Source: Gemmatimonadota bacterium (lineage in GTDB: Bacteria; Gemmatimonadota; Gemmatimonadetes; Gemmatimonadales; GWC2-71-9). From it: 61,399 nt of DNA. Shown here piece after piece: positions 1-8,550 of the stretch (within the stretch, counting starts at the first letter, position 1; each line of letters starts with the position of its first letter). The notes beneath the pieces were generated by a model. It did no database searches, had not been told where the DNA came from, and saw only the letters and a list, made by a program, of their open reading frames with translations. A program made the translations under genes and the position numbers. The stretch spans positions 1-61,399 of the forward strand of contig JADFIT010000003.1 of assembly GCA_022566515.1 (NCBI GenBank), in the 5' to 3' direction.

Positions 1-46
1 GTCAAGAGAGACACTGCAGCAAGCGCAACCCACTTTTTTATGGTTC

Positions 47-205
47 TTCCGGGAATTGCGTGGTGAGTGATTGAAGGGACGATTCTAAGACCCTTCAATC
101 CCACCCCGGATGAGCCTCCGTGGATTCCGTGGCCATTCACTCCGGACGCCGCGTGTGTCGCGATGGCCTCCGACATTCGCGATGACGGGGCCTTGGATTC
201 GAGGT
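47..205 (+). repeat. Copy 1 of a dispersed composite intergenic repeat (module A + module B, partial C)
   Basis: Module A is TTCCGGGAATTGCGTGGTGAGTGATTGAAGGGACGATTCTAAGACCCTTCAATCCCACCCCGGATGAGCC, with a perfect 10-bp hairpin (69-78 / 91-100). Module B is TCCGTGGATTCCGTGGCCATTCACTCCGGACGCCGCGTGTGTCGCGATGGC. Near-identical strings recur in the same orientation at 22339-22630 and 53400-53559. Confidence 0.8.
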
Positions 206-250
206 GGGCTACGGCCCTCAGCCGACACCTCGACCGGCACTAATGAGTTT

Positions 251-835
251 CTAGAGATTGAACCGGTACGCTAGTCCGCCGTGCCACGCAATATCAAATT
301 GCGTCTCGTCCACGCCCGCCCGATCGAAGTCATACACGAACCCGGACGCCTCTCCAAAGATGCCAAAACCGCTCCTGGGAAACTCGTAACTGAGGCCCGC
401 GCCGAAGCGCCCTGCGAATTTGGAAAAGCTGTCGAGGCGGCGACCCCCAGTGTCGTCGATCGTGACGCCCCCGGCTCCGCCGAAGACATAGGGCGACAGC
501 CCCATCGAGAACGGGTATCGTAACTGGAGATCAGCTCCGTAGAAGAACCGCTTGATCTCCGCCCCTTCGAGTCCACCTACTCCGAAACCCCGCACGTCAC
601 TCTTGGCGAAGTCAAAGCTGCCCCTGACCGCAAGGTACTTATTGAGCTGCAGGCCCACACCACCACCGACATTGAACCCCGTATCGAAGTCCGCCGTACC
701 GGCGGCGTTGAGATCCTCGAGTGAAGAAAACCCACCACCATGCCCGAACACGAATATCGAGCGCTGCGCCACGAGCGGATTGGCAGCAACCACAAGTGCG
801 ACTAGTCCGACTCCGACTGTTGAAAAATAAGACAT
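251..835 (-). CDS. Small outer-membrane beta-barrel protein (OmpA-like 8-stranded barrel family)
   Basis: ATG start and a signal peptide ending ...NPLVAQ. Gly/aromatic-rich alternating strand pattern with a C-terminal ...GGLAYRFNL. Confidence 0.75.
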   Translation of the reverse strand: MSYFSTVGVGLVALVVAANPLVAQRSIFVFGHGGGFSSLEDLNAAGTADFDTGFNVGGGVGLQLNKYLAVRGSFDFAKSDVRGFGVGGLEGAEIKRFFYGADLQLRYPFSMGLSPYVFGGAGGVTIDDTGGRRLDSFSKFAGRFGAGLSYEFPRSGFGIFGEASGFVYDFDRAGVDETQFDIAWHGGLAYRFNL

Positions 836-1122
836 ATCTCCTCCATGAATATCGTTGGCAGTCGGGGACGGCGGCGGACACCATTACCGCATAGATTTGG
901 ATGTCGCCCAACTGCAAGTGTTGGCTGAATGGAATGCGGTACTGTGAAAACCGCCTAAGCAGTCGTCTTGTTCCCATAGTCGACAAGCGTACTTGCCTAT
1001 TAGAACTTGATTGAGACTCCGCAAGGACTAGTTGACGGAACTCAACTCACGCTGGTCGACCCGAAAAAACCCGCGGTGAGTAGAGGAAGGATTACACGCC
1101 CTGCCGTTCTTGGGGCCGCAGC

Positions 1123-1884
1123 TTACCGCCCCCGCCGCGTCCAGATCAGAATCACGCCGCATCCCCTAGTCGGGCCTCCATACTGTGCGGGGATTTCGTT
1201 TGGTCGCCGGTAAACTTCGATCGCTTCGACGTCGAGCGGGTCCAATATCTTCAAATCCTCATTACCGACGGAGGACACAATCCCATCCAAAAAGACCGTG
1301 GGCGATCCACAAGACCCCAACCCAGACATCATGCCCCGCAGAACGACGTTGTCATTTTGGTCCACCGACACACCGGGCAGACCTCGCAGGAGATCGCTGA
1401 CACGTCTGGCGCTCGCTCGTCTTTCGATGTGGTCGGGACCGAGAAAAAGGCCGCCAGCCGACCTGTGTTGCCGTTCGTAGAACCCAATTGTCACGAGATG
1501 GCGTACCGCCGGTTCCGCCGTGATGGTAATGGGGTCCAACTCGTATAGTGCGATCTGCTGAATGTGGATTCCGACTGTCACCGTGACACTGTCTTGCAAC
1601 TGCACCGGTCCATCGACCACCATCCCGTACCCCACCCTGCGCGCTGCCACGTAAAACACCCCGGCCCGCGGTGCAAGGATTTCAAATATTCCGTCCTGGT
1701 CTGACTGCGTGCTGGCCACGGAGTCGCCTTCTTCCGTGACCAGTGTGAGGAAGACGCGGTCCACGGGGCGATTGGACCACAGCTCGAGGATCTGACCGTT
1801 GAGGATTTGTCCAACGGCCAATTCCGGCCTCACACCCAGGAGGAACACGGTAGCAGCGAAGATGCTATCGCAACCGCTCGACAA
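1123..1884 (-). CDS. CarboxypepD_reg-like + TonB-dependent-receptor Plug domain protein without a barrel
   Basis: Hydrophobic leader, then a beta-sandwich-like segment (DGIFEILAPRAGVFYVAARRVGY). A Plug-like segment follows (VSDLLRGLPGVSV..VVLRG..VFLDG..IEVYR). The ORF ends at 253 aa with no barrel. Its start codon is TTG, so the start is uncertain. Confidence 0.65.
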   Translation of the reverse strand: MSSGCDSIFAATVFLLGVRPELAVGQILNGQILELWSNRPVDRVFLTLVTEEGDSVASTQSDQDGIFEILAPRAGVFYVAARRVGYGMVVDGPVQLQDSVTVTVGIHIQQIALYELDPITITAEPAVRHLVTIGFYERQHRSAGGLFLGPDHIERRASARRVSDLLRGLPGVSVDQNDNVVLRGMMSGLGSCGSPTVFLDGIVSSVGNEDLKILDPLDVEAIEVYRRPNEIPAQYGGPTRGCGVILIWTRRGR

Positions 1885-2389
1885 CGACCGCCTCCCCGAA
1901 CTTTTGCGCCAACGCGCTGAGATAGCTCTCCTGCGTGCGATGGTACCCGAAGATCAGCTTCGACATGACCCGGAAAAAGGGATTGTAAATCTCCCCATCT
2001 TCCGTGACGGTTACCAGCGTCCCACCGTCCTGCTCCCGCAACTCGTACGTCCAGGTGCCTCCAAAGGGGAGGTTGTCGTCGGCAATGCGTGTCACCAATC
2101 GCTCCGCGGCAGTCGATTCGATCACCTGCATCGGCAACTCGCCAGTTCGCTGGCGTAAGGTCCACAGCTCCTGCCCGTCCCGGTCCGGCAACCGTTCGAC
2201 AGAGGAAACCTCCGGCCACCATGTGTCGTACTCATCGAATGTTCGAATCACCCGCCACACGGAATCGACGGGCTGCCGGATGAGCACGGAGCTGGACGCG
2301 ACGTGAGCCTGCGGCAAAAACAGTCCGATCACGTAAAGCAAGATCCCGATGCCCAACAAACCACCAACCCCGATGAACACCCATTTCAC
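1865..2389 (-). CDS. SRPBCC (START/polyketide-cyclase-like) family protein with N-terminal TM helix
   Basis: The track ORF 1865..2581 overlaps the upstream gene. An in-frame GTG at 2389 lies 6 nt downstream of AGGAGG. The sequence is VKWVFIGVGGLLGIGILLYVIGLF (TM) followed by an SRPBCC-like fold (VWRVIRTFDEYDTWWPEV...). Confidence 0.7.
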   Translation of the reverse strand: MKWVFIGVGGLLGIGILLYVIGLFLPQAHVASSSVLIRQPVDSVWRVIRTFDEYDTWWPEVSSVERLPDRDGQELWTLRQRTGELPMQVIESTAAERLVTRIADDNLPFGGTWTYELREQDGGTLVTVTEDGEIYNPFFRVMSKLIFGYHRTQESYLSALAQKFGEAVVVERLR

Positions 2390-2489
2390 GGTTGCCCTCC
2401 TGTCTTCTATCGGGTCGTGCGCTCTCGCCCCGCGCCCCGCTGGATCGTTCCCAGCCCGCATTCGGCCGACTTCCGGCCCATCTGGGTCG

Positions 2490-3008
2490 TTACCGCACCT
2501 TAGTATAAAGCCCGTTGAACACGACCCGCCAGTTGGCCCCCCCGTCCGTCGATTTGCGCCAGATTTGTCGCACCCCACCACCCTCCGCCTGCTCCCAGAT
2601 GATTTCGTCGATCACGGTAGCGCCTCCCTCACTCACCGTTTCGCCCCGCAACACCATTCTCCCCTGGTCGTCGAGCCCGCCGTCGAGCAGCAGCAATTGC
2701 CCGTTGTCGTCTACCCAGGATTGGTGCCACTTGCCCGTCTGCAAGTTATAGATGTTGTGGCTCTGTCCTGAACCGCCGTCGGCAGCCCGCCACTGTTCGT
2801 GCAACACGCATCCGTTTAGGATTTTGCGGATCGTGTTCGTCCCGACGACCGTGCCCTGCTCATTCTTTACCTCCCAATCGCCGAGCCAGAAATCGAACTG
2901 GCGGTAGGGCGACGCCGAGCATGCGGTAGGCTGCTGCGACTCAGCGGCCATCGGGATGAGAGCCACAATGCACGCGAGGACCGTCACAAAACGACATCGA
3001 GCGTTCAT
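2490..3008 (-). CDS. Secreted protein of unknown function (FDFWLGDWEV motif)
   Basis: ATG start and a signal peptide (RFVTVLACIVALIPMAAES). 172-aa ORF with no competing frame. Confidence 0.65.
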   Translation of the reverse strand: MNARCRFVTVLACIVALIPMAAESQQPTACSASPYRQFDFWLGDWEVKNEQGTVVGTNTIRKILNGCVLHEQWRAADGGSGQSHNIYNLQTGKWHQSWVDDNGQLLLLDGGLDDQGRMVLRGETVSEGGATVIDEIIWEQAEGGGVRQIWRKSTDGGANWRVVFNGLYTKVR

Positions 3009-3009
3009 A

Positions 3010-3205
3010 ATTCAAATCCCAGATTCGATATTCGACATTTACCATTCCATATTTCCAGCCATCCACCGGCGATAGGCCGAAAGCTAACCCAATATCGGAG
3101 TACGTCGCAATGAACGATGATTATCGATTATCGAATATTGGATATTGAATATTGGATTAATATTGGACATTGGATATTGGACATTGGATATTGAATACTG
3201 GATTG
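3010..3205. repeat. AT-rich oligo-repeat block: inverted arm (3010-3040), 83-nt core, then tandem ATATTGGA/ATATTGAA array (3121-3205)
   Basis: The reverse complement of 3014-3040 (GTCGAATATCGAATCTGGGATTTGAAT) matches 3124-3150 (ATCGATTATCGAATATTGGATATTGAAT) at about 22/27 positions. Reiterated ATATTGGAYATTGRAT units follow, up to 5 nt before the SDR ATG. Confidence 0.8.
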
Positions 3206-3209
3206 CCAC

Positions 3210-3950
3210 ATGACATTTGATTTTTCAGGCCAGGTCGTCCTAGTAACCGGCGCATCACGAGGCATCGGTGAGCAAATGGCGCACGACTTCGCGGAATGCG
3301 GTGCTCAACTCATCGTGACCTCAACAAGCTCAGACGATCGCGAAGAACTCGTCGAGCGCTTCGGCGTCCCTACCAGTTTCTATCCGGTCGATTTCACCGA
3401 TCGAGCGAGTACCAACGCATTCCTCGACCAACTTCGCTCCATCGAGCGGATCGATGTCTGCGTGAACAACGCGGGAACCACACGCCACGGGTCACTGGAC
3501 GCGGCCAGCTCCGATGACTGGGATGTCACGACAAACGTAAACTTGCGAGCACCGTTCTTCGTGACACAGGCCGTGGCGAACTCCATGAAACGCCACGGGT
3601 ACGGCCGCATCATCAACATTTCCTCGATCTGGGGACACATAGCAATGCCTACGCGTTCGGTATACGCAGCCACAAAGTTCGGTGTGCGTGGGATCGCCTT
3701 GGCCGCAGCAGCTGAGTTGGCGCCCTTCAACATACTCGTCAACACCGTGTCTCCCGGGTTCACGCTGACGGACATGGTTCGGCAGAACTATTCTAAGGCT
3801 GAGCTAAAGGAAATCGCAGCTCGCATTCCGCTTGCTCGACTCGCCGAACCCAGCGACATCTCGAAAGCCGTCCTATTTCTGGCAAGCAAGCTGAACACTT
3901 ACATCACCGGACAATCTCTCTTGGTTGACGGCGGCTATTCAATTGTGTAG
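3210..3950 (+). CDS. SDR-family oxidoreductase (FabG-like 3-oxoacyl reductase type)
   Basis: TGASRGIG cofactor motif, NNAG, and a catalytic S...YAATK triad. 246 aa. Confidence 0.9.
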   Translation: MTFDFSGQVVLVTGASRGIGEQMAHDFAECGAQLIVTSTSSDDREELVERFGVPTSFYPVDFTDRASTNAFLDQLRSIERIDVCVNNAGTTRHGSLDAASSDDWDVTTNVNLRAPFFVTQAVANSMKRHGYGRIINISSIWGHIAMPTRSVYAATKFGVRGIALAAAAELAPFNILVNTVSPGFTLTDMVRQNYSKAELKEIAARIPLARLAEPSDISKAVLFLASKLNTYITGQSLLVDGGYSIV

Positions 3951-3967
3951 TCCACCGATAGATCGCT

Positions 3968-4046
3968 TGAATATCGAATGTCGAATATTGGAAATTGAAT
4001 ATTGAATATTGAATATTGGATATTGAAATTGGATGGGTATATTGGC
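3968..4046 (+). repeat. Second AT-rich tandem array of the same ATATTGRA oligomer
   Basis: GAATATCGAATGTCGAATATTGGAAATTGAATATTGAATATTGAATATTGGATATTGAAATTGGAT. It is in direct orientation relative to 3121-3205 and inverted relative to 3010-3040. Confidence 0.8.
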
Positions 4047-4428
4047 GCGTCCAGTCGTTTCACGCTTCAACCTGAAACGTAATCGTCTATTGCCCCCGTC
4101 AATCGCGTTCATGCTAGGATTCATCATCGGCGCGGCTTTGATCTCGCTGCTCCGACGCGGAAGCTCCGTACCGCCGGGACGAGGCCCCGCAACCGGCGTA
4201 TTGGCCACTCAAGTGCAACAGATCAAGAATGCCGCGGGTAGCTGCTGGTGGTGTGGAGATTACGAATGCGTCGACGCACCAGATGATTCCAAGTTCACGG
4301 TGGGAGACAAGGAACGTATCTGCGGCCCCAGGTCTAACCCGAGATGGGCTGGGAGCTGTCCTTCAACCACCACACTCGGCGACGGCTCGAGCTGGCAGTT
4401 CAAGGAAAACTGCGACTGCGACGGGTAA
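4033..4428 (+). CDS. Hypothetical small membrane-anchored Cys-rich protein
   Basis: Basic N-terminus plus a TM helix (FMLGFIIGAALISLL), then an ectodomain with 8 Cys (CWWCGDYEC...CDCDG). Hand-counted GC3 is about 64%, like the adjacent SDR gene. The ATG lies inside the repeat array, so the start is uncertain (alternative ATG at 4111). Confidence 0.4.
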   Translation: MGILARPVVSRFNLKRNRLLPPSIAFMLGFIIGAALISLLRRGSSVPPGRGPATGVLATQVQQIKNAAGSCWWCGDYECVDAPDDSKFTVGDKERICGPRSNPRWAGSCPSTTTLGDGSSWQFKENCDCDG

Positions 4429-4475
4429 CACCGGCTTACCTGCTAGAGCGACCGAACGCGATCAAGCAAGATCTT

Positions 4476-6452
4476 CTAGTTCGAGGGTGCCCCCGTCCCC
4501 CCCGCCCCTTCCCCCGCCACTAGCTGCTCCAGCAACACCTTGAGAAGTTCAGTGCTGATGGCGGCTCGCGCCCTCACTTCGTAATCCCCGAAACGCACGA
4601 CTCCCTCAGCCGTGCCGTCGGCGTTGCCGATGACCTGCACGGCACCCTCCGTCATCGTAGCGACCGCATCCCCGGCAATCGGAAAGATCGTAAGCGTGAG
4701 TCGCTCGCCAGAATCCAAAATCTGAACGAGCCGATATCCCGTCCTGCCAGGCGTGATCAACGTCCTGGCAGTCTCAACCACCAGCCCTTCCACTCTGATG
4801 CGCGGCACCTTCGCCGGCTCCGCCGGACCGACCGGGAAGTCCGCTGGCGGTGGCCCAAGAACCGAGTCCGTAGCACCCAGCACGTCCAGGGGAACACTAT
4901 CCAACCCTGTCGGCACCGGCCCGAGTTGGATGTCCGTGGAATCCAGGATCGAATCGACCGGTGGGAACTGAGCAGGCGTGGTTGGTGTCGAGCGGACGCC
5001 TTGCACCACCGCGGCGCTACCTTCAGCCGACGAGTCCGCCACAGCAGCGGGACGCCTTCCACCGAACGGAACGAGCATCGCCAGGGCAACGCCGACTACC
5101 ACCGCGATGATCAACCACGCGACCGCCGGCAATCCCCCTGGCTTTTGCGACCCCCCCGGCTTGCCTCGTCCACGATGTCCTGGAGCCCGTCGCGACCCCG
5201 AGGCGCGGCGGTGGGAACTCGAAGGTCGAGGTCGCGGCGTGGCCACTCGGGCGCTTCCGGAGGGACGAACCGGAGCCGGACCGGGAGTAATCGGCTTGAC
5301 GGGCTTCGCCGGCGAACCGGGGTCCGCCTTACCACTGGAGACGTCGACTTGGGGATGGCCTTCGGAGAACCGGTCGACGCTCAACTCCTCGACCTGCACG
5401 TCCCAAACGGCCCGGTCTTCCACCGTTACTAACTTCGGGGGCTCCTCAGGAGGTGCCAGGTGGACGTTTGGCAGACTCGTCGGGTCCCGCACCGCAGCGG
5501 GCGCAGGAATGTCAGCGACGGGAATCTCGGCACGTGCCGGCGCAGTGGGTTCTTCCTCAGGAAGCTCCTCTCCTGCGGCAATTGAAGATACCTCGGCCTC
5601 CCAATCTCCTCCGGACTTCACTATGACGCTGCCCGAATCTGCCGGAGATTTCGCCTCGTCATCTTGATCGCCGGATTTCTCCAATTCTGAAGCAACGTCA
5701 CTGCTTATACCACTCCTGCGCGCAACCGGACGCTCCTCGAGCATGTCCGCCATTCCCTTGGAGATCTCCAACTCCTCGCCGGGATCGGCCTTCTCTTCTT
5801 CGTGATCCCCGGGCTGAGCGATCTCCGGCTGCGCCACTTCGGGCTCCATATCCACCGGATCCAAGCTGTCCAGACCTGCCGACTCGATTTCGGCTTCTTC
5901 CGCCTGTTCCTCCAGTTCCGCTATCTCGGGACTCTCGCTTCTGGCCTCGGGTTCCTCCCCACTCCACTCCGCCATCTCGAGCACGATCTCGAGCACCGGC
6001 ATCACGTCGTCGTCGGAGCGGCCCTCCATGATCTCGAGTGCTTGCCGCACTTTGGCAAAATCAAACACCGCGGCGTAGTTCACCAGCACCTTGCGGGCCT
6101 CGCCAACGTGGCCCCCTTCGATCAGCAAACGGGCATAGTGGAGATGTGTGTTAATGCCTTTGGGAAGGACCTTGAGAATCTTGCCGCACACGGCGATCAC
6201 GCTCTTGCCGGACCCATGCTCCGCATATAGTTGGCCGGCCTTGTCATACATCGCCAGAGCGGCCTTCGTGTCGCCCTCCATGAAACACAAATCACCGGCT
6301 TTGACGTAGAGCGGTAGCTCCCGGAGAATGCCCTTGGTCCCCTCGAGATGCTCCAGGATCTCGCGGTACACCGCCAGGGCCTTCTTCGTTTCGCCCTTTT
6401 GGGCCAGGGCGCGTGCCTTTTGCTTGCGAGTCTTGACGTCCACCGTTTCCAC
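4476..6452 (-). CDS. Membrane-anchored protein: N-terminal TPR-like domain, long acidic/Pro-rich disordered region, basic patch, TM helix, C-terminal periplasmic domain
   Basis: 658-aa ORF with a GTG start. It has helical-repeat N-terminal 160 aa, an E/D/P-rich low-complexity stretch, RPRPSSSHRRASGSRRAPGHRGRGKPGG, then TM AWLIIAVVVGVALAMLVPF. Confidence 0.7.
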   Translation of the reverse strand: METVDVKTRKQKARALAQKGETKKALAVYREILEHLEGTKGILRELPLYVKAGDLCFMEGDTKAALAMYDKAGQLYAEHGSGKSVIAVCGKILKVLPKGINTHLHYARLLIEGGHVGEARKVLVNYAAVFDFAKVRQALEIMEGRSDDDVMPVLEIVLEMAEWSGEEPEARSESPEIAELEEQAEEAEIESAGLDSLDPVDMEPEVAQPEIAQPGDHEEEKADPGEELEISKGMADMLEERPVARRSGISSDVASELEKSGDQDDEAKSPADSGSVIVKSGGDWEAEVSSIAAGEELPEEEPTAPARAEIPVADIPAPAAVRDPTSLPNVHLAPPEEPPKLVTVEDRAVWDVQVEELSVDRFSEGHPQVDVSSGKADPGSPAKPVKPITPGPAPVRPSGSARVATPRPRPSSSHRRASGSRRAPGHRGRGKPGGSQKPGGLPAVAWLIIAVVVGVALAMLVPFGGRRPAAVADSSAEGSAAVVQGVRSTPTTPAQFPPVDSILDSTDIQLGPVPTGLDSVPLDVLGATDSVLGPPPADFPVGPAEPAKVPRIRVEGLVVETARTLITPGRTGYRLVQILDSGERLTLTIFPIAGDAVATMTEGAVQVIGNADGTAEGVVRFGDYEVRARAAISTELLKVLLEQLVAGEGAGGTGAPSN

Positions 6453-6786
6453 TGCTCCGGTTGTACACTGCCCCCATCGACCGGTCAGTCCGGCGAGAGG
6501 CCCTTCACATCATTCCCTTAATTAAAGACAAGCCTCGACTTTGCGCAGTGGGCAACCTCACACATCCAAACGAGCGTACCTCCTTGGGCTGGCGCCGTTT
6601 ACACGCCGAGCGTCCAGGTTTGTGACGCAGCTCACCTATCGGGCATCGCCCCCCAAGATAGCACTGTTTGGTTGCGTGGTTCCAATCCGGGCCGGGGCAT
6701 CGCGGGCCGGCGATTATAGGCGAGGCATGATGCGGCCGCCCTCGTGTGGCTCGGCTACAAAGCCGGACAACTCCGCAAACCGAAAC

Positions 6787-6810
6787 GAGCCCCGCCACAA
6801 GACGGGGCTC
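6787..6810 (-). terminator. Putative intrinsic terminator after the cytochrome c gene
   Basis: Perfect 8-bp stem GAGCCCCG / CGGGGCTC with an 8-nt loop, 37 nt past the stop. On the minus strand it is followed by GTTTCGGTTTG. Confidence 0.55.
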
Positions 6811-6846
6811 ATCTCTCGGATGCAGCGGTGTCGAACGGTATCTACG

Positions 6847-7458
6847 TCACGGGAGCAGCGTCGCCAAATAGGACGCTACCGCGCGGATCTGCTCCCGCGT
6901 CAATCCGAAGTTCGGCATCATCGACGTCGCACTGTCAAAGGTGGGATCCGCCATCTTCTTCATGACGAACTCAACACCTCTGCGCTTGATGACATCGTCC
7001 AATGACGGACCCACCGCACCTCCCTGCCCTTGGACGACGTGGCAACCCAGGCACGCTCCCTCTTGCACGACCGCCCGACCTCGAGCGATGACCTGCGGGT
7101 CCGTTGACAGGATCGTATCGGGCACCGCACCACCATTCACAGGTGAAGTTTCCCCAAACGGATTGGCTCGTTCCGCAGGGTCGGTGTTGGACGCCTGCAG
7201 AAACGCCAAGACACTACGCACCTGCTTCCCCGTCAGATTCGCTCGAATCCGCATGTGGTTGACAATCATGACCCAGCTGCGGTCCGTGTGCTCGAGAGGA
7301 GAGCGCGGGTTGTGACACCGGCCGCACATGTTGCCGTAAACCCGAGCTCCCTCCCCCACCAAGCTTACGTCTTGTGCGCCAAGCGTGAGCGGGAAAACCG
7401 TTATCGCCAGTAGCGCCGCACACCAAGCCGGACCGATTCGAAATAGTGAGTGTTTCAT
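6847..7458 (-). CDS. Diheme c-type cytochrome (secreted)
   Basis: Signal peptide and two CxxCH motifs (CGRCH, CLGCH). The C-terminal class-I-like segment has an MMPNF axial-Met region. Confidence 0.9.
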   Translation of the reverse strand: MKHSLFRIGPAWCAALLAITVFPLTLGAQDVSLVGEGARVYGNMCGRCHNPRSPLEHTDRSWVMIVNHMRIRANLTGKQVRSVLAFLQASNTDPAERANPFGETSPVNGGAVPDTILSTDPQVIARGRAVVQEGACLGCHVVQGQGGAVGPSLDDVIKRRGVEFVMKKMADPTFDSATSMMPNFGLTREQIRAVASYLATLLP

Positions 7459-7467
7459 TTTGTCCCC

Positions 7468-8550
7468 TCAAAAGCCGAAGGCGATGTGCATGACGAGGCG
7501 ATCGTTGTCGACCTCCACAACGTCCTCGCGGTTCACCTCGTAGCCAACCATGAAGGCGATGGACGGGCTGAACCAATAGTCGAGTCCGAACCCCGCCTGC
7601 CACGCCCCCTGGTCAGTTACCGTGCCATCGAGTTTGCTATCGAACACCTGCGTCCACCGAAACACCGGCTCCCACGCATCGATGCGATACGCTGCCTGAC
7701 CGTAGAAGCCCTGGCGGACCAAGGTCGGGAAACCGGTGGGTTGCTCGATTTCTTGCCGGGTCTGAATGTATTCACCCCGAAGCTCGAACCCGCTGGTCCG
7801 CAACTCACCAGCCACATTCCACCCGGTGAAGTCGAGCACGTTCTGGTCGTCGTAGTCCCCGTTGAAGTAAGACACATTCAGTTCCGCCCACGGCGGCAAT
7901 GCGATATCGAGCCGACCGCCGAGCATCTTGTTCGTGTTGCCGTCCTCAGAGGATGCAAGAAACTCCAGCTCTGGAACTTCCTCGGTTGGATCGCCCTCGA
8001 TGGACGGCCCCTGCACGGCGTACATGTTGATGCCGAGGTTGAACCGGCCGGCATTGACGACTCCCCGCACCATGACTCCCATATCCGACAAGATCGGGAG
8101 CAAGGGTTCCGCACCGAAGGCGGATACGTGGTGTCCGTAAATCGGTGGGGCCGTGGAGAACTTATTGATCCATGTCGGATGCAACCGATCTCCGAAGACC
8201 CCGAAGGGCAACAGGAACTTGCCCGCTACAAACGTCAAGTTGTCGGTGGCGATGAAGTCGAGTTGGGCGTATTCCAACCCCGTTTCGGTCACGCCGCCTT
8301 CCAACGCGAATTCGAACTCTGCTTCGAAGAGAACTCGGTCTTGAAATTGAAACAGAAAGATCGGGTTCATGCTCGAGGTAAACGCGTTGATATTCTCGCC
8401 CTGTGTTTGGTATCCGTAGCCGACCGTTCCGTAACCGGTTATGAGAACCTGGTTGGTCGGGATGATCCGTTGCGCATCCAGCCCCGTCGTCAGCCCTGTG
8501 CACAGCAGCAGGGCCAGTCCGACGCCAGCTCTAGTTGTGCTAGTGGCCAT
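7468..8550 (-). CDS. Outer-membrane porin-like beta-barrel
   Basis: An internal ATG at 8550 gives MATSTTRAGVGLALLLCTGLTTGLDAQ (signal peptide). Alternating strand pattern with terminal ...HIAFGF. The track ORF extension to 8757 overlaps the upstream gene. Confidence 0.8.
   Translation of the reverse strand: MATSTTRAGVGLALLLCTGLTTGLDAQRIIPTNQVLITGYGTVGYGYQTQGENINAFTSSMNPIFLFQFQDRVLFEAEFEFALEGGVTETGLEYAQLDFIATDNLTFVAGKFLLPFGVFGDRLHPTWINKFSTAPPIYGHHVSAFGAEPLLPILSDMGVMVRGVVNAGRFNLGINMYAVQGPSIEGDPTEEVPELEFLASSEDGNTNKMLGGRLDIALPPWAELNVSYFNGDYDDQNVLDFTGWNVAGELRTSGFELRGEYIQTRQEIEQPTGFPTLVRQGFYGQAAYRIDAWEPVFRWTQVFDSKLDGTVTDQGAWQAGFGLDYWFSPSIAFMVGYEVNREDVVEVDNDRLVMHIAFGF

Noticed and set aside
3121-4046. 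Possibility that the AT-rich arrays are a CRISPR array
   Set aside because: The units are about 8-16 nt and directly abutting, without unique spacers, and no cas genes are present.
6678-6688. GGTTCCAATCC, reminiscent of a tRNA T-loop
   Set aside because: The flanking bases do not form a T-stem, and no acceptor, D or anticodon arms could be drawn on either strand.
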